Positions 36,664 to 47,444 of a stretch of 55,069 nt of DNA are shown piece after piece. The translations under genes and the position numbers were made by a program. The notes below the pieces were generated by a model. It made no database searches. It was not told the origin of the DNA and was given only the letters and a program-made list of their open reading frames with translations. The stretch spans positions 1-55,069 of the forward strand of contig JBAXIG010000001.1 of NCBI GenBank assembly GCA_037138535.1, written 5' to 3'. The DNA comes from Actinomycetes bacterium. Lineage in GTDB: Bacteria; Actinomycetota; Actinomycetes; Nanopelagicales; Nanopelagicaceae. Numbering within the stretch: position 1 is the stretch's first letter; every line of letters starts with the position of its first letter.

Positions 36664-37958
36664 TAGCGAAGGAATCCTTCGTAGGAGCGCTGTTGAAGTT
36701 GGCTTTCAATCTGCTTGGCAGTATCTAGACCGACACCGACGACAATGAGGATCGCAGTTCCACCAAAGGGGAAGTTTTGTGTCGCCCCAAAGAGTGAGAG
36801 CGCGATGATCGGGATCAAGGCCACGAAGCCAAGATAGAGCGCTCCGGGAGCAGTGATGCGCGAAAGAATGTAGGCCAAGTATTCAGAGGTCGGGCGACCG
36901 GCGCGAATGCCTGGAATAAATCCACCGTACTTCTTCATATTCTCGGCCACTTCATCAGGATTAAAAGTGATCGAGACATAGAAGTACGTGAAGAAAATGA
37001 TGAGGAGGAAGTAAGCCAACATGTATGACCAGTGATCGCCGCGCACGAAGAACTTGGTAATGAAGGTAGCCCAAGCTGACTTGCTAGCCGTCAGATTCAC
37101 AAGCAAGTTGGGGATGTAAAGCAATGAAGAAGCGAAGATGACTGGGATAACGCCAGCCTGGTTCACCTTAATTGGAATGTAGGTGCTCGTTCCACCGTAC
37201 ATTTGACGACCGACCATACGTTTGGCGTACTGCACTGGAATACGACGTTGGGCGTTCTCTACGAAAACCACCGCAGCGACGATCACGACACCGACAGCCA
37301 TCACGAAAAGAAATACTGGCCAGCCCTTTTGCACCTTGATACTCCAGAGTTGACCTGGGAAACCAGCCGCAATCGAGGTGAAGATCAAGATCGACATACC
37401 GTTGCCGATGCCGCGGTCAGTGATCAGTTCACCGAGCCACATAATTACTGCAGTGCCCGCAGTCATCACGAAGACCATGGTGGTGATTCTTTGCCAAGAA
37501 GCATCGGGAATGATGGGCAAATTGCAACTTCGAAAGAGGTTACCCGGCGTACGCGCTACGGCGATGAGGCCGGTTGCCTGCAAGATACCAAGACCGATAG
37601 TGAGGTAACGCGTGTACTGCGTCAGCTTGGCAGTACCTGATTGTCCCTCTTGCTTCAAAGCTTCAAAGCGTGGAATAACAACCGTCAAAAGCTGCACGAT
37701 GATGCTGCTTGTGATGTAAGGCATGATGCCGAGAGCAAAGACTGAAAGGTGAAGCAGCGCGCCGCCACTAAAGAGATTTACGAGGTTGAATAGACCTTCT
37801 CCCTTGACCTGATCAATACAGGTCTGGACGTTCTTGTAGGAAACGCCAGGGGTAGGAATGATCGAGCCAAAGCGAAAGAGCGCCATGACCCCCAAAGTAA
37901 AGAGGATCTTTCGACGAAGGTCTGGCGTTTTAAACGCCTTTCCAAACGCTGCGAGCAC
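36663..37958 (-). CDS. secY: Preprotein translocase subunit SecY
   Basis: 431-aa polytopic ORF. DLRRKILFTLG N-terminus and position after rplO. Confidence 0.97.
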   Translation of the reverse strand: MLAAFGKAFKTPDLRRKILFTLGVMALFRFGSIIPTPGVSYKNVQTCIDQVKGEGLFNLVNLFSGGALLHLSVFALGIMPYITSSIIVQLLTVVIPRFEALKQEGQSGTAKLTQYTRYLTIGLGILQATGLIAVARTPGNLFRSCNLPIIPDASWQRITTMVFVMTAGTAVIMWLGELITDRGIGNGMSILIFTSIAAGFPGQLWSIKVQKGWPVFLFVMAVGVVIVAAVVFVENAQRRIPVQYAKRMVGRQMYGGTSTYIPIKVNQAGVIPVIFASSLLYIPNLLVNLTASKSAWATFITKFFVRGDHWSYMLAYFLLIIFFTYFYVSITFNPDEVAENMKKYGGFIPGIRAGRPTSEYLAYILSRITAPGALYLGFVALIPIIALSLFGATQNFPFGGTAILIVVGVGLDTAKQIESQLQQRSYEGFLR

Positions 37959-38012
37959 GACGTCCTCCTAGGCCTCTGTCACTATTCCTGAGTGACTACT
38001 AATAATGAATGA

Positions 38013-38453
38013 CTAGAGAGTAGTAACCGTACCGCCAACAGCAGTGATCTTCTCTGCAGCTGAGGTGGAAAACTTATGAGCAGTCACGTTTACTTTGACT
38101 GCAATATCTCCATCGCCAAGAACCTTGACCTTCTCGCCTTCGCGAACCGCACCCTTGCTCACCAAGTCAGCAACCGTGATGGCCCCGCCGGCTGGGAAGA
38201 GGATTGCGATGGTCTCTACGTTGACTACTTGATACTCAACGCGGAATGGGTTTGTAAAACCACGAAGTTTAGGTAAGCGCATGTGGAGCGGCATTTGGCC
38301 ACCCTCGAAGCGTGCTGGTACTTGGTAGCGAGCCTTGGTTCCCTTGGTACCGCGGCCTGCAGTCTTACCCTTTGACGCCTCACCGCGACCCTTACGAGTC
38401 TTGGATTTCTTAGCACCAGGGGCGGGACGAAGATGATGCATTTTGAGAGTCAT
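38013..38453 (-). CDS. rplO: 50S ribosomal protein L15
   Basis: [17 protein letters not shown]...GRGTKG signature. Confidence 0.96.
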   Translation of the reverse strand: MTLKMHHLRPAPGAKKSKTRKGRGEASKGKTAGRGTKGTKARYQVPARFEGGQMPLHMRLPKLRGFTNPFRVEYQVVNVETIAILFPAGGAITVADLVSKGAVREGEKVKVLGDGDIAVKVNVTAHKFSTSAAEKITAVGGTVTTL

Positions 38454-38635
38454 TACTCCACCTCTTCTACGGTAACGAGATGGCGTACAGCATGAACCAT
38501 GCCACGAATCTCAGGACGATCTTCTTTGACGACAATGTCGCCGATGCGCTTCAGGCCGAGTGAGCGAAGCGTCTCGCGATGCTCCGGACGTCCGCCGATC
38601 TTCGACTTATGTTGGGTGACCTTAAGACGTCCCAT
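38453..38635 (-). CDS. rpmD: 50S ribosomal protein L30
   Basis: 60-aa [32 protein letters not shown]. Confidence 0.95.
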   Translation of the reverse strand: MGRLKVTQHKSKIGGRPEHRETLRSLGLKRIGDIVVKEDRPEIRGMVHAVRHLVTVEEVE

Positions 38636-39240
38636 TACGCACCTACTCCTGCGCGAGCACGAAGAAGAGCTGCTGGTGCGACATCTTCCAAAGGAAGACC
38701 ACGGCGCGCAGCAATTGCTTCTGGTTGCTCAAGCATCTTGAGTGCAGCAACAGTTGCATGCACGATATTGATTGCATTGTTAGATCCAAGGGACTTGCTG
38801 AGTACGTCGTGGATGCCAGCGCACTCGAGTACTGCGCGAACTGGTCCGCCTGCGATAACTCCAGTACCTGGGCTAGCTGGCTTGAGAAGTACTACACCGG
38901 CAGCAGCTTCGCCCTGCACTGGGTGCGGGATGGTTGCTTGAATGCGTGGAACTTTGAAGAAAGAACGCTTCGCTTCTTCAACGCCCTTGGCAATTGCTTG
39001 CGGAACTTCCTTAGCCTTGCCGTAGCCCACGCCCACCATGCCATCGCCATCGCCGACAACGACGAGTGCGGTGAAGGAGAAGCGACGACCACCCTTGACT
39101 ACCTTGGCTACGCGGTTGATGAAGACCACGCGCTCGATGTAATTTCTCTTCTCGGCTTCTGGGCCTCCATCGCGACGTTCGCGACGATCGCGACGTTCGC
39201 CGCGACCCTTAGCTCCGTTGTCAGCTTCACGTGTGGTCAT
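38635..39240 (-). CDS. rpsE: 30S ribosomal protein S5 (Arg/Glu-rich N-terminal extension)
   Basis: [28 protein letters not shown] core. Confidence 0.97.
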   Translation of the reverse strand: MTTREADNGAKGRGERRDRRERRDGGPEAEKRNYIERVVFINRVAKVVKGGRRFSFTALVVVGDGDGMVGVGYGKAKEVPQAIAKGVEEAKRSFFKVPRIQATIPHPVQGEAAAGVVLLKPASPGTGVIAGGPVRAVLECAGIHDVLSKSLGSNNAINIVHATVAALKMLEQPEAIAARRGLPLEDVAPAALLRARAGVGA

Positions 39241-39617
39241 TAGAAGTCCAGTCCATTCTCGCGAGCGCCCTCTGCAAGAGCTGCAATACGGCCGTGGTAG
39301 CGATTGCCACCACGATCAAAGACAACTTGAGCAACGCCCGCAGCCTTCGCACGATCAGCTACTAGCTGACCTACCGCACGAGCCTTAGAGGTTTTATCGC
39401 CAGTAGCGCTACGAAGAGCACTCTCCATGGTGGAGGCAGAAGCCAGTGTTTGACCAATGGTGTCATCGACTACTTGGACCATGAGATGACGGGCCGAACG
39501 TGATACGACAAGACGTGGACGCAGTGAAGTACCGCTCACGTTCTTACGTACACGGAAGTGACGTCGGGCACGCGCATTCTGTGCGGAGCCCTTAACAACC
39601 TTTACGCCGATCGACAT
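39240..39617 (-). CDS. rplR: 50S ribosomal protein L18
   Basis: RRHFRVRK...RPRLVVSRS...[26 protein letters not shown]. Confidence 0.97.
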   Translation of the reverse strand: MSIGVKVVKGSAQNARARRHFRVRKNVSGTSLRPRLVVSRSARHLMVQVVDDTIGQTLASASTMESALRSATGDKTSKARAVGQLVADRAKAAGVAQVVFDRGGNRYHGRIAALAEGARENGLDF

Positions 39618-40159
39618 TACTTCTTACCCGCCTTTCCTTGCTTGCGGCGAATGGTCTCGCCGAGGTAACGGATGCCCTTGCCCTTGTAAGGATCAGGCTT
39701 ACGAAGTTTGCGGATGTTGGCAGAAATTTCGCCGACCTGTTGCTTATCGATACCGCTCACCGAAAACTTGGTGGGTGATTCAACAGCAAATGAGATTCCA
39801 TCAGGTGCCGGAATGATCACTGGATGGCTAAAACCAAGAGCAAACTCAAGGTCGCTGCCTTTAGGGACTACGCGGTAACCGACGCCGACGATTTCCATCG
39901 ACTTGGTGTAGCCCTCGGTGACACCTTGAACCATGTTGGCAACAAGAGTGCGCGAAAGACCGTGCAGAGCTTTAGGAAGACGCTCGTCGTTGGGACGCGT
40001 CACTAGGAGAGTGCCATCGTCTTGCTTGGCAATCGTAATGGGCTCAGCGAGCGTATGTGAAAGCGTTCCCTTAGGACCCTTTACTGTGACATGCGCTCCG
40101 CTAATGGTGACCTCAACGCCTGAAGGCACTGGGATAGGGAGACGACCAATACGTGACAT
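39617..40159 (-). CDS. rplF: 50S ribosomal protein L6
   Basis: [20 protein letters not shown]-terminus. Confidence 0.97.
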   Translation of the reverse strand: MSRIGRLPIPVPSGVEVTISGAHVTVKGPKGTLSHTLAEPITIAKQDDGTLLVTRPNDERLPKALHGLSRTLVANMVQGVTEGYTKSMEIVGVGYRVVPKGSDLEFALGFSHPVIIPAPDGISFAVESPTKFSVSGIDKQQVGEISANIRKLRKPDPYKGKGIRYLGETIRRKQGKAGKK

Positions 40160-40168
40160 GGTTTCCTC

Positions 40169-40561
40169 CTACCAGACGTAGGCGAGAACTTCTCCGCCTA
40201 CACCTTGCTTATTGGCTTGCTTATCAGTCAGCAACCCAGACGATGTGGAAATAATGGCAACACCAAGTCCACCGAGCACCTTAGGAAGAGCAGTCGACTT
40301 TGCGTAAACGCGAAGGCCGGGCTTGCTCACGCGGCGAAGACCAGCGATCGAACGCTCACGGTTGGGACCGAACTTCAGGTCGATGATGAGGGTACGAGTA
40401 GCAGCATCTACTTTGAAGCCAGCGATGTAACCCTCCTTCTGGAGGATGACGGCGATGTTTTGCTTAGTCTTCGACGTCGGCATTGCAACCGTGTCGTGGT
40501 AAGCGCTGTTCGCATTACGCAGACGAGTCAACATGTCTGCGATCGGATCGGTCATTGTCAT
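40169..40561 (-). CDS. rpsH: 30S ribosomal protein S8
   Basis: I chose the internal ATG at 40561 ([17 protein letters not shown]). The ORF track extends to 40606. Confidence 0.95.
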   Translation of the reverse strand: MTMTDPIADMLTRLRNANSAYHDTVAMPTSKTKQNIAVILQKEGYIAGFKVDAATRTLIIDLKFGPNRERSIAGLRRVSKPGLRVYAKSTALPKVLGGLGVAIISTSSGLLTDKQANKQGVGGEVLAYVW

Positions 40562-40627
40562 GGTAGTCGGCCTTTCTCGTGGTGGTATCCGCTGCGAATC
40601 TCGCAATGGACCTGCCGCGCAGTGGAT

Positions 40628-40813
40628 TTACCAGCTTGATTTTGTAATACCTGGAAGTTCACCAGCATGTGCCATCTCACGGAAGCACACACGGCATAGA
40701 CCAAACTTTTGGTAGACGGCGCGTGGACGTCCACAACGTTGGCAACGGGTGTAGCCGCGCACCTTAAACTTCGGGGTTCGTGCAGCCTTTACCTTGAGTG
40801 ATGTTTTAGCCAT
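40628..40813 (-). CDS. rpsN: 30S ribosomal protein S14, type Z (zinc-ribbon, 61 aa)
   Basis: I chose the internal ATG at 40813: [61 protein letters not shown], with CxxC...CxxC. Confidence 0.95.
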   Translation of the reverse strand: MAKTSLKVKAARTPKFKVRGYTRCQRCGRPRAVYQKFGLCRVCFREMAHAGELPGITKSSW

Positions 40814-40814
40814 C

Positions 40815-41378
40815 TCACATCTCCTTAAACGGGAAGCCGAGCAGACGCAGAAGCGCACGCCCTTCTTCATCAGTCGTTGCCGTGGTGACGACAGTGATAT
40901 CCATTCCGCGAGGACGATCAATTTTGTCCTGATCGATTTCATGGAATACCACTTGCTCCGTCAAACCGAAGGTGTAATTGCCGTGACCATCGAATTGTTT
41001 CGCTGAGAGACCGCGGAAGTCACGGATACGAGGAAGTGAGATGGAGACGAGGCGATCCAGGAACTCCCACATGCGATCGCCGCGAAGTGTGACGTGCGCG
41101 CCGATCGGCATGTTCTCACGAAGCTTGAACTGTGCGATTGACTTGCGCGAACGAGTGACCTGGGGCTTTTGACCAGTGATCGCGGCAAGGTCGCGAATAG
41201 CGCCTTCGATCAACTTGGCATCTTTAGCGGCTTCGCCGACACCCATGTTGACTACGACCTTGGTGAGGCCAGGAACCTGCATCACGTTTCCGTAAGCAAA
41301 TTGATCTTGGAGCGCAGGCATGATTTGGGCGCGGTAGCGCTCTTTCAAGCGAGGCATAGAGAGAGCAGTAGTGGTCAT
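40815..41378 (-). CDS. rplE: 50S ribosomal protein L5
   Basis: [11 protein letters not shown]...[20 protein letters not shown]. Confidence 0.97.
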   Translation of the reverse strand: MTTTALSMPRLKERYRAQIMPALQDQFAYGNVMQVPGLTKVVVNMGVGEAAKDAKLIEGAIRDLAAITGQKPQVTRSRKSIAQFKLRENMPIGAHVTLRGDRMWEFLDRLVSISLPRIRDFRGLSAKQFDGHGNYTFGLTEQVVFHEIDQDKIDRPRGMDITVVTTATTDEEGRALLRLLGFPFKEM

Positions 41379-41380
41379 GA

Positions 41381-41701
41381 TTAGAGGTCCTTACCGGTGC
41401 TCTTGGAGATTCGGACGTTCTTGCCCTCTTCATCCTGACGGAAACCGACACGCGTTGCCTTGCCGGTATCTGAATCTACGAGCATGACATTAGATACGTG
41501 TATCGGGGCCTCTTGAGTGATGATGCCACCGGTTTGCGTACCACGGATGCCTTCACCAATCTTGGTGTGCTTCGTGATTCGATTTACGCCTTCAACGAGC
41601 ACCTTTTCGGTCTCTCTGTAGACGTGAATAACTTTGCCCTTGGCGCCCTTGTCCTTGCCGGTAATGACTTGAACGGTGTCGCCCTTCTTAATCTTTGCCA
41701 T
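41381..41701 (-). CDS. rplX: 50S ribosomal protein L24
   Basis: [24 protein letters not shown]. Confidence 0.97.
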   Translation of the reverse strand: MAKIKKGDTVQVITGKDKGAKGKVIHVYRETEKVLVEGVNRITKHTKIGEGIRGTQTGGIITQEAPIHVSNVMLVDSDTGKATRVGFRQDEEGKNVRISKSTGKDL

Positions 41702-41703
41702 GT

Positions 41704-42072
41704 TTAGAGCACCTCCGGTGCGAGCGAGATGATCTTCATGTAGCGCTTGTCGCGAAGCTCGCGACCCACTGGTCCGAAAATACGGGTGCCACGTGGCTCC
41801 CCGTCTGCCTTCAAGATGACGGCAGCGTTCTCATCAAATTTAATGTAAGAGCCATCTGGACGACGACGCTCCTTGACGGTGCGTACGACAACGGCTTTTA
41901 CTACGTCACCCTTCTTGACCTGCCCGCCAGGAATTGCATCCTTGACGCTACATACGATGACATCGCCGATACCTGCGTAACGGCGCGACGAACCGCCCAA
42001 CACGCGGATGCAAAGGAGTTCCTTTGCACCTGTGTTGTCAGCGACGCGTAGTCGCGACTCTTGTTGAATCAC
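41704..42072 (-). CDS. rplN: 50S ribosomal protein L14
   Basis: [27 protein letters not shown]. Confidence 0.98.
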   Translation of the reverse strand: MIQQESRLRVADNTGAKELLCIRVLGGSSRRYAGIGDVIVCSVKDAIPGGQVKKGDVVKAVVVRTVKERRRPDGSYIKFDENAAVILKADGEPRGTRIFGPVGRELRDKRYMKIISLAPEVL

Positions 42073-42092
42073 TTCGTACTCCTTATCGGGAC

Positions 42093-42374
42093 TTACTTGG
42101 CCTTTTCGAGGATTTCGACTACTCGCCAGTGCTTCGTTGCCGAGAGCGGACGAGTTTCCATGACTAGCACGCGATCGCCAACACCACAGGTGTTGTTCTC
42201 ATCGTGGGCCTTGAGCTTGTTAGTGCGGCGCATGACCTTGCCGTAAAGAGGGTGCTTTACGCGTTCCTCTACGACGACGACGACGGTCTTATCCATCTTG
42301 TCGCTGACTACAGTGCCTTCACGCGTCTTACGAAAGCCGCGATCTACATTTGTGTCTACGGTTGAATTACTCAT
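42093..42374 (-). CDS. rpsQ: 30S ribosomal protein S17
   Basis: [32 protein letters not shown]. Confidence 0.97.
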   Translation of the reverse strand: MSNSTVDTNVDRGFRKTREGTVVSDKMDKTVVVVVEERVKHPLYGKVMRRTNKLKAHDENNTCGVGDRVLVMETRPLSATKHWRVVEILEKAK

Positions 42375-42583
42375 GCAGCACCACCAATTCCAAGTTCACG
42401 CTCACGCATGATCGTGTAGATCCGAGCGATCTCTTTGCGAACCGCATTGAGACGGCCATGGTTTTCAAGTTGGCCAGTTGCTGCCTGAAAGCGAAGGTTG
42501 AAAAGTTCTTCCTTTGCTTCCTTGAGCTTTGTTGCCAACTCATCGACCTCAAGGCCGCGAAGTTCATTCACGGTGATTGCCAT
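42371..42583 (-). CDS. rpmC: 50S ribosomal protein L29
   Basis: 70-aa [30 protein letters not shown]. Confidence 0.96.
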   Translation of the reverse strand: MAITVNELRGLEVDELATKLKEAKEELFNLRFQAATGQLENHGRLNAVRKEIARIYTIMRERELGIGGAA

Positions 42584-42997
42584 TTATGCCTCCTCGCGTC
42601 GTACAACACGGCACTTCATGGGAAGCTTGTGAATCGCGCGAGTCATTGCCTCACGAGCCACTTCCTCAGTTACGCCTGAAAGTTCAAACATGACACGGCC
42701 AACTTTGACGTTAGCTACCCACCATTCTGGAGAACCCTTACCGGAACCCATGCGGGTCTCTGCAGGCTTCTTGGTGATGGGACGGTCAGGGAAAATGTTG
42801 ATCCAGACTTTTCCACCACGCTTGATGTGACGTGTCATTGCAATACGAGCCGCTTCAATTTGGCGGTTCGTTACATATGAGTTCTCCAAAGCTTGAATAC
42901 CGTAGTCACCAAAGGTCACTGCAGTTCCACCCTTGGCAGCACCACTCCGGCTGGGGTGGTGTTGTTTGCGGTGACGAACCTTACGTGGAATAAGCAT
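42584..42997 (-). CDS. rplP: 50S ribosomal protein L16
   Basis: [14 protein letters not shown]-terminus. Confidence 0.98.
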   Translation of the reverse strand: MLIPRKVRHRKQHHPSRSGAAKGGTAVTFGDYGIQALENSYVTNRQIEAARIAMTRHIKRGGKVWINIFPDRPITKKPAETRMGSGKGSPEWWVANVKVGRVMFELSGVTEEVAREAMTRAIHKLPMKCRVVRREEA

Positions 42998-43000
42998 CGG

Positions 43001-43855
43001 TTACGCCTCCCCGTTGGTGGTGTCAGTGACGACTACTGCTACTGGAGCTTCAACCACTGGAGCTTCAACCACTGGAGCTTCAACCACTGGAGCTTCAACC
43101 ACTGGAGCCGGAGCAGAATCTGGATGAGAGACAGTTACTGGACCTCGAGGTGCACGAGCACCACGAGCAGCGGGACGTGGCTTAGGTGCACGCGCAGCGG
43201 CAAGAGCAGAAGCTGCTCGCTCGCTACGGCTTGCAATAATGTCGCCCTTGTAGATCCAGACCTTCACGCCGATGCGACCGAAAGTGGTGGCAGCTTCGTA
43301 GAAGCCGTAATCAATATCAGCTCGCAACGTGTGCAATGGCACGCGACCTTCACGATAGAACTCAGAACGACTCATTTCAGCGCCACCAAGACGACCAGAG
43401 CAGTTGATTCGGATGCCCTTGGCGCCCGACTTCATAGCGGTTTGCATCGACTTGCGCATTGCGCGACGGAAAGAAACACGGCTCGAAAGCTGCTCGGCTA
43501 CACCTTGTGCAACGAGTTGCGCATCGATCTCTGGGTTCTTCACTTCGAGGATGTTGAGCTGAACTTGCTTGCCCGTCATCTTCTCAAGATCCGTACGAAT
43601 ACGGTCAGCCTCTTGGCCACGACGACCAATGACAATACCGGGGCGTGCGGTATGAATGTCGATGCGAACGCGATCGCGAGTTCGCTCGATCTCGACACGA
43701 GAGATTCCAGCGCGCTCCATACCCTTCGTCATCATGCGACGAATAGCAACATCTTCTCTGACGTAATCCTTGTAGAGCTTGTCTGCATACCAACGCGACT
43801 TAAACTCAGTGGTGATGCCAAGGCGGAACCCATACGGGTTAACTTTTTGACCCAT
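43001..43855 (-). CDS. rpsC: 30S ribosomal protein S3 with a repetitive C-terminal extension
   Basis: [14 protein letters not shown]-terminus. The tail is ...[50 protein letters not shown]. Confidence 0.97.
   Translation of the reverse strand: MGQKVNPYGFRLGITTEFKSRWYADKLYKDYVREDVAIRRMMTKGMERAGISRVEIERTRDRVRIDIHTARPGIVIGRRGQEADRIRTDLEKMTGKQVQLNILEVKNPEIDAQLVAQGVAEQLSSRVSFRRAMRKSMQTAMKSGAKGIRINCSGRLGGAEMSRSEFYREGRVPLHTLRADIDYGFYEAATTFGRIGVKVWIYKGDIIASRSERAASALAAARAPKPRPAARGARAPRGPVTVSHPDSAPAPVVEAPVVEAPVVEAPVVEAPVAVVVTDTTNGEA
43041..43108. repeat. Perfect 15-bp tandem repeat x4 plus a partial copy (ACTGGAGCTTCAACC) inside the rpsC 3' end
   Basis: Units at 43041, 43056, 43071 and 43086 are identical. 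A partial fifth unit starts at 43101. Each unit encodes APVVE on the minus strand. Confidence 0.95.
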
Positions 43856-44226
43856 TAGTGGGAACCTGCTCTCTTCTGGACCTTGACTGGTGTCTTCGTA
43901 TCGGAGACAACCACGGTGATATGTGAAGTGCGCTTGTTGATGCGGAAAGCACGTCCTTGTGCACGTGGACGGAAACGCTTCAACGTGACGCCTTCATCAA
44001 CGAAAGCTTCAGTAATCCAAAGTTCGGATGCATCGCGAACACCATGAAGTGTCTTGGCGTTGGCTACTGCAGATGCGACAGTCTTGTAAACAGTCTCACC
44101 GGCAGCTTGCGGAGCGAACTTGAGTACAGCAAGAGCCTCGTCGGCCTTCATGCCGCGGACCAGGTCCACTACACGTCGAGCCTTCATAGGAGTAATGCGT
44201 ACGTCGCGCGTGCTGGCGCGAGCCAT
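43855..44226 (-). CDS. rplV: 50S ribosomal protein L22
   Basis: I chose the internal ATG at 44226 ([25 protein letters not shown]), 4 nt after the rpsS stop. The ORF track extends to 44322, inside rpsS. Confidence 0.93.
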   Translation of the reverse strand: MARASTRDVRITPMKARRVVDLVRGMKADEALAVLKFAPQAAGETVYKTVASAVANAKTLHGVRDASELWITEAFVDEGVTLKRFRPRAQGRAFRINKRTSHITVVVSDTKTPVKVQKRAGSH

Positions 44227-44230
44227 GATG

Positions 44231-44512
44231 TCAGCCACGCTTAGCCCTCCGATCATCCTTAACGTGTCCCTTGAAAGTGCGCGTGGGTGCGAACTCGCCA
44301 AGTTTGTGACCGACCATTGCATCGGTCACGAAAACTGGAACGTGCTTACGGCCGTCGTGAACAGCGATCGTGTGCCCAATCATGGACGGCACGATCATGG
44401 AGCGACGCGACCACGTCTTGATGACGTTCTTAGTCCCGGCATCGTTTTGTACATCCACCTTTTTGGTGAGATGGCCATCAACGAAGGGGCCCTTCTTAAG
44501 ACTCCGAGGCAT
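44231..44512 (-). CDS. rpsS: 30S ribosomal protein S19
   Basis: [16 protein letters not shown]-terminus. Confidence 0.98.
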   Translation of the reverse strand: MPRSLKKGPFVDGHLTKKVDVQNDAGTKNVIKTWSRRSMIVPSMIGHTIAVHDGRKHVPVFVTDAMVGHKLGEFAPTRTFKGHVKDDRRAKRG

Positions 44513-44519
44513 CGTTCTC

Positions 44520-45353
44520 CTAGCGCTTCTTGTTCGACTTGCGACGGCGGACGATCATCTTGTCGCTTGACTTGGAGCGACGAGTGCGACCTTCTGGTTG
44601 TCCCCATGGGCTTACTGGGTGACGTCCACCAGAGGTCTTACCTTCGCCACCACCGTGTGGGTGATCAACAGGGTTCATAGCAACACCGCGGACGGTGGGG
44701 CGCTTGCCCTTCCAACGCATACGGCCGGCCTTACCCCAGTTGATGTTGGACTGTTCTGCGTTACCCACTTCACCAACGGTGGCGCGGCAACGAACATCGA
44801 CGTTACGAATTTCGCCAGATGGCATCCGGAGTTGTGCGTACGGACCATCTTTTGCAACGAGCTGAACAGATGCGCCAGCAGAGCGCGCAATCTTGGCTCC
44901 TCCACCTGGGCGGAGTTCAATCGCGTGGATCACGGTACCGACGGGGATATTACGCAGCGGCAAGTTATTACCAGGCTTAATATCGGCGCTTGCACCGCTC
45001 TCTACAAAGTCACCTTGACCGAGCTTGTTGGGAGCAATGATGTAGCGCTTCTCGCCATCTGCGTAATGCAGTAGTGCGATACGCGCAGTGCGGTTGGGGT
45101 CGTACTCGATGTGAGCGACCTTTGCTGGCACGCCATCTTTGTCATTACGACGGAAGTCGATGAGACGGTAGGCGCGCTTATGTCCGCCACCTTGGTGACG
45201 AACGGTGATGCGACCGGCCGAGTTACGACCACCCTTGGAGTGGATCGGACGGACGAGCGACTTCTCCGGGGTGGTGCGAGTGATCTCAACGAAGTCCGAA
45301 ACGCTCGAGCCACGACGGCCCGGAGTTGTCGGCTTGTATTTACGAATACCCAT
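44520..45353 (-). CDS. rplB: 50S ribosomal protein L2
   Basis: [16 protein letters not shown]-terminus and [12 protein letters not shown]. Confidence 0.98.
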   Translation of the reverse strand: MGIRKYKPTTPGRRGSSVSDFVEITRTTPEKSLVRPIHSKGGRNSAGRITVRHQGGGHKRAYRLIDFRRNDKDGVPAKVAHIEYDPNRTARIALLHYADGEKRYIIAPNKLGQGDFVESGASADIKPGNNLPLRNIPVGTVIHAIELRPGGGAKIARSAGASVQLVAKDGPYAQLRMPSGEIRNVDVRCRATVGEVGNAEQSNINWGKAGRMRWKGKRPTVRGVAMNPVDHPHGGGEGKTSGGRHPVSPWGQPEGRTRRSKSSDKMIVRRRKSNKKR

Positions 45354-45385
45354 GAGTCAATCCTGTTCTTTCGTTCCTGGCTCCG

Positions 45386-45679
45386 TTAGGAGACAGGACC
45401 TCCGAAGATGTCGATACGGTCGCCGGCAGCTACCGAGACGATGGCGCGCTTGGTGTCATTGCGCTTTCCAAAGCCGATTCGGGTCCGCTTGCGCTTGCCT
45501 TGACGGTTCAACGTGTTGACGCTGAGGACCTTCACACCGAAGATCTTTTCAACGGCAATCTTGATTTCTGTCTTATTCGCAGAAGGTGCAACCAAGAAGG
45601 TGTACTTGTTCTCATCGAGCATGCCGTATGACTTCTCAGATACGACAGGAGCGATCAGAACGTCGCGGTAATCGTTCAT
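45386..45679 (-). CDS. rplW: 50S ribosomal protein L23
   Basis: 97-aa [11 protein letters not shown]...KYTFLV...[17 protein letters not shown]. Confidence 0.96.
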   Translation of the reverse strand: MNDYRDVLIAPVVSEKSYGMLDENKYTFLVAPSANKTEIKIAVEKIFGVKVLSVNTLNRQGKRKRTRIGFGKRNDTKRAIVSVAAGDRIDIFGGPVS

Positions 45680-46356
45680 GCTGACACCTCTTCACTCGTG
45701 GCGCGACCAACTGCGGTTGCGCTCTTGCCACTGACTGGACCGGCAACGAACTCTTCGAGGGCACTCTTGGAGAAGACCACATCATCGCTGACGATTACGT
45801 CGTATGCGTTGAGTTGATCCGGAACCAAGAGGTGCACGCGCTCAGAGTTACGAAGTGAACGCCAGGCGGACTCTTCATTGCGCGAGAGCACAACAAGCAG
45901 GTGCTTACGATCTGAAAATTGTGCAACGGCAGCAAGAGCGGCCTTAGTAGATGGATCGCCGGCAAGTACCTCGGAGATGACGTGGATGCGACCGTTGCGA
46001 GCACGATCAGAGAGCGTGCCGCGGAGTGCACCAGCAATCATCTTCTTAGGTGTGCGTTGCGCGTAGCTACGTGGCACTGGACCATGAGCAACACCACCGT
46101 GACGTTGGTTAGGTGAACGAGTAGAGCCCTGACGAGCGCGACCAGTTCCCTTCTGTGCGAAAGGCTTCTTTCCACCACCGCTCACTTCACCGCGGTTCTT
46201 AGCCTTGTGCGTTCCCTGACGTGCAGCTGCACGTTGTGCGACAACGACTTGGTGGATCAATGGGATGTTGACTTGAACATCGAAGATTTCAGCTGGAAGT
46301 TCAACACTTCCGGCCTTCTTGCCCGATGCATCAACAACGTTGATTGAAAGAGTCAT
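45676..46356 (-). CDS. rplD: 50S ribosomal protein L4
   Basis: 226-aa [35 protein letters not shown]. Confidence 0.97.
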   Translation of the reverse strand: MTLSINVVDASGKKAGSVELPAEIFDVQVNIPLIHQVVVAQRAAARQGTHKAKNRGEVSGGGKKPFAQKGTGRARQGSTRSPNQRHGGVAHGPVPRSYAQRTPKKMIAGALRGTLSDRARNGRIHVISEVLAGDPSTKAALAAVAQFSDRKHLLVVLSRNEESAWRSLRNSERVHLLVPDQLNAYDVIVSDDVVFSKSALEEFVAGPVSGKSATAVGRATSEEVSA

Positions 46357-46358
46357 GA

Positions 46359-47003
46359 TTACTCTCCCTTCGCTGAGGACTTGACGAAGACAAGTGAGCC
46401 ATTTGAACCAGGAACGGCGCCCTTTATAAGGAGCAAGCCCTTCTCGAGATCAACAGCGTGAATCGTGAGGCCAGCAGTAGTAACGCGTTCGCTACCCATA
46501 TGACCAGCCATCTTGAGACCGCGGAAGACGCGACCTGGAGTGGCGCAGGCTCCGATGGAACCAGGCATACGGTGCGCGCGGTGCACACCGTGCGAAGAGC
46601 CCAGGCCGTGGAAACCGTGACGCTTTATAACGCCCGCGAATCCTTTACCCTTGCTCGTGCCGGTGACATCAACAATTTGACCCGCCTCGAACACATCTGG
46701 ACCGAGTTCTTGACCGACGGTGTACGAATCAGCATCACCTGTGCGAAGTTCAGCAACGTGGCGACGTGGTGTAGCACCCGCCTTGGCGAAGTGGCCAGCA
46801 TCTGGCTTATTTACTTTACGTGGGTCGATCGCACCGAAGGCGAGTTGCACGGCACTGTAGCCGTCCTTCTCCTCGGAGCGAACTTGCGTAACAACGCAAG
46901 GACCAGCCTTGACGACAGTAACCGGGACGATGTGGTTGCTTGCGTCGAAGACTTGAGTCATGCCGAGCTTCTCGCCCAGCACTCCCTTAATAGTCTTAGT
47001 CAT
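46359..47003 (-). CDS. rplC: 50S ribosomal protein L3
   Basis: [14 protein letters not shown]...[13 protein letters not shown]. Confidence 0.97.
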   Translation of the reverse strand: MTKTIKGVLGEKLGMTQVFDASNHIVPVTVVKAGPCVVTQVRSEEKDGYSAVQLAFGAIDPRKVNKPDAGHFAKAGATPRRHVAELRTGDADSYTVGQELGPDVFEAGQIVDVTGTSKGKGFAGVIKRHGFHGLGSSHGVHRAHRMPGSIGACATPGRVFRGLKMAGHMGSERVTTAGLTIHAVDLEKGLLLIKGAVPGSNGSLVFVKSSAKGE

Positions 47004-47017
47004 CTCTCCGGTCCTAT

Positions 47018-47326
47018 CTAGAGCTTGATCTCGATATCGACACCAGCAGGAAGATCGAGACGCATAAGTGAGTCAACGGTCTTTGGCGTGGGGTCGAGAA
47101 TGTCAATGAGTCGCTTGTGCGTGCGCATTTCGAAGTGCTCACGGCTGTCTTTGTATTTGTGAGGAGAACGAATGACGCAGTAGATGTTCTTCTCAGTAGG
47201 CAGTGGAACAGGACCGGCAACTTTCGCGCCAGTACGCTCGACTGTTTCGACGATCTTCTTCGCCGAAGAGTCAATGACCTCATGGTCATATGCCTTGAGC
47301 CGGATGCGGATCTTCTGTCCCGCCAT
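47018..47326 (-). CDS. rpsJ: 30S ribosomal protein S10
   Basis: [29 protein letters not shown]. Confidence 0.98.
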   Translation of the reverse strand: MAGQKIRIRLKAYDHEVIDSSAKKIVETVERTGAKVAGPVPLPTEKNIYCVIRSPHKYKDSREHFEMRTHKRLIDILDPTPKTVDSLMRLDLPAGVDIEIKL

Positions 47327-47386
47327 GTTTCCTACTCTCTATCTAGAAGTTACTACTGCAACAATCTTTGGAACTCTTCTGGTGGT

Positions 47387-47418
47387 TTCTCGGTGGGGGA
47401 TCTCTCCCCCACCGAGAA
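47387..47418 (-). terminator. Strong hairpin after tuf (14-bp perfect stem, no U-tract)
   Basis: TTCTCGGTGGGGGA-TCTC-TCCCCCACCGAGAA. It starts 27 nt after the tuf stop on the minus strand and is followed by ACCACCAG rather than a T-run. Confidence 0.6.
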
Positions 47419-47444
47419 CAGCATTAACCAGAGGTATTACTGAA

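Noticed and set aside
42893-43858. 321-aa plus-strand ORF, the longest unexplained ORF in the track, with a striking HWSFN x4 repeat
   Set aside because: It lies entirely antisense to rpsC, whose identity is certain. The HWSFN repeat is the other-strand reading of the 15-bp APVVE repeat. The rest is low-complexity with no recognisable motif. This is a typical shadow ORF in GC-rich coding DNA.
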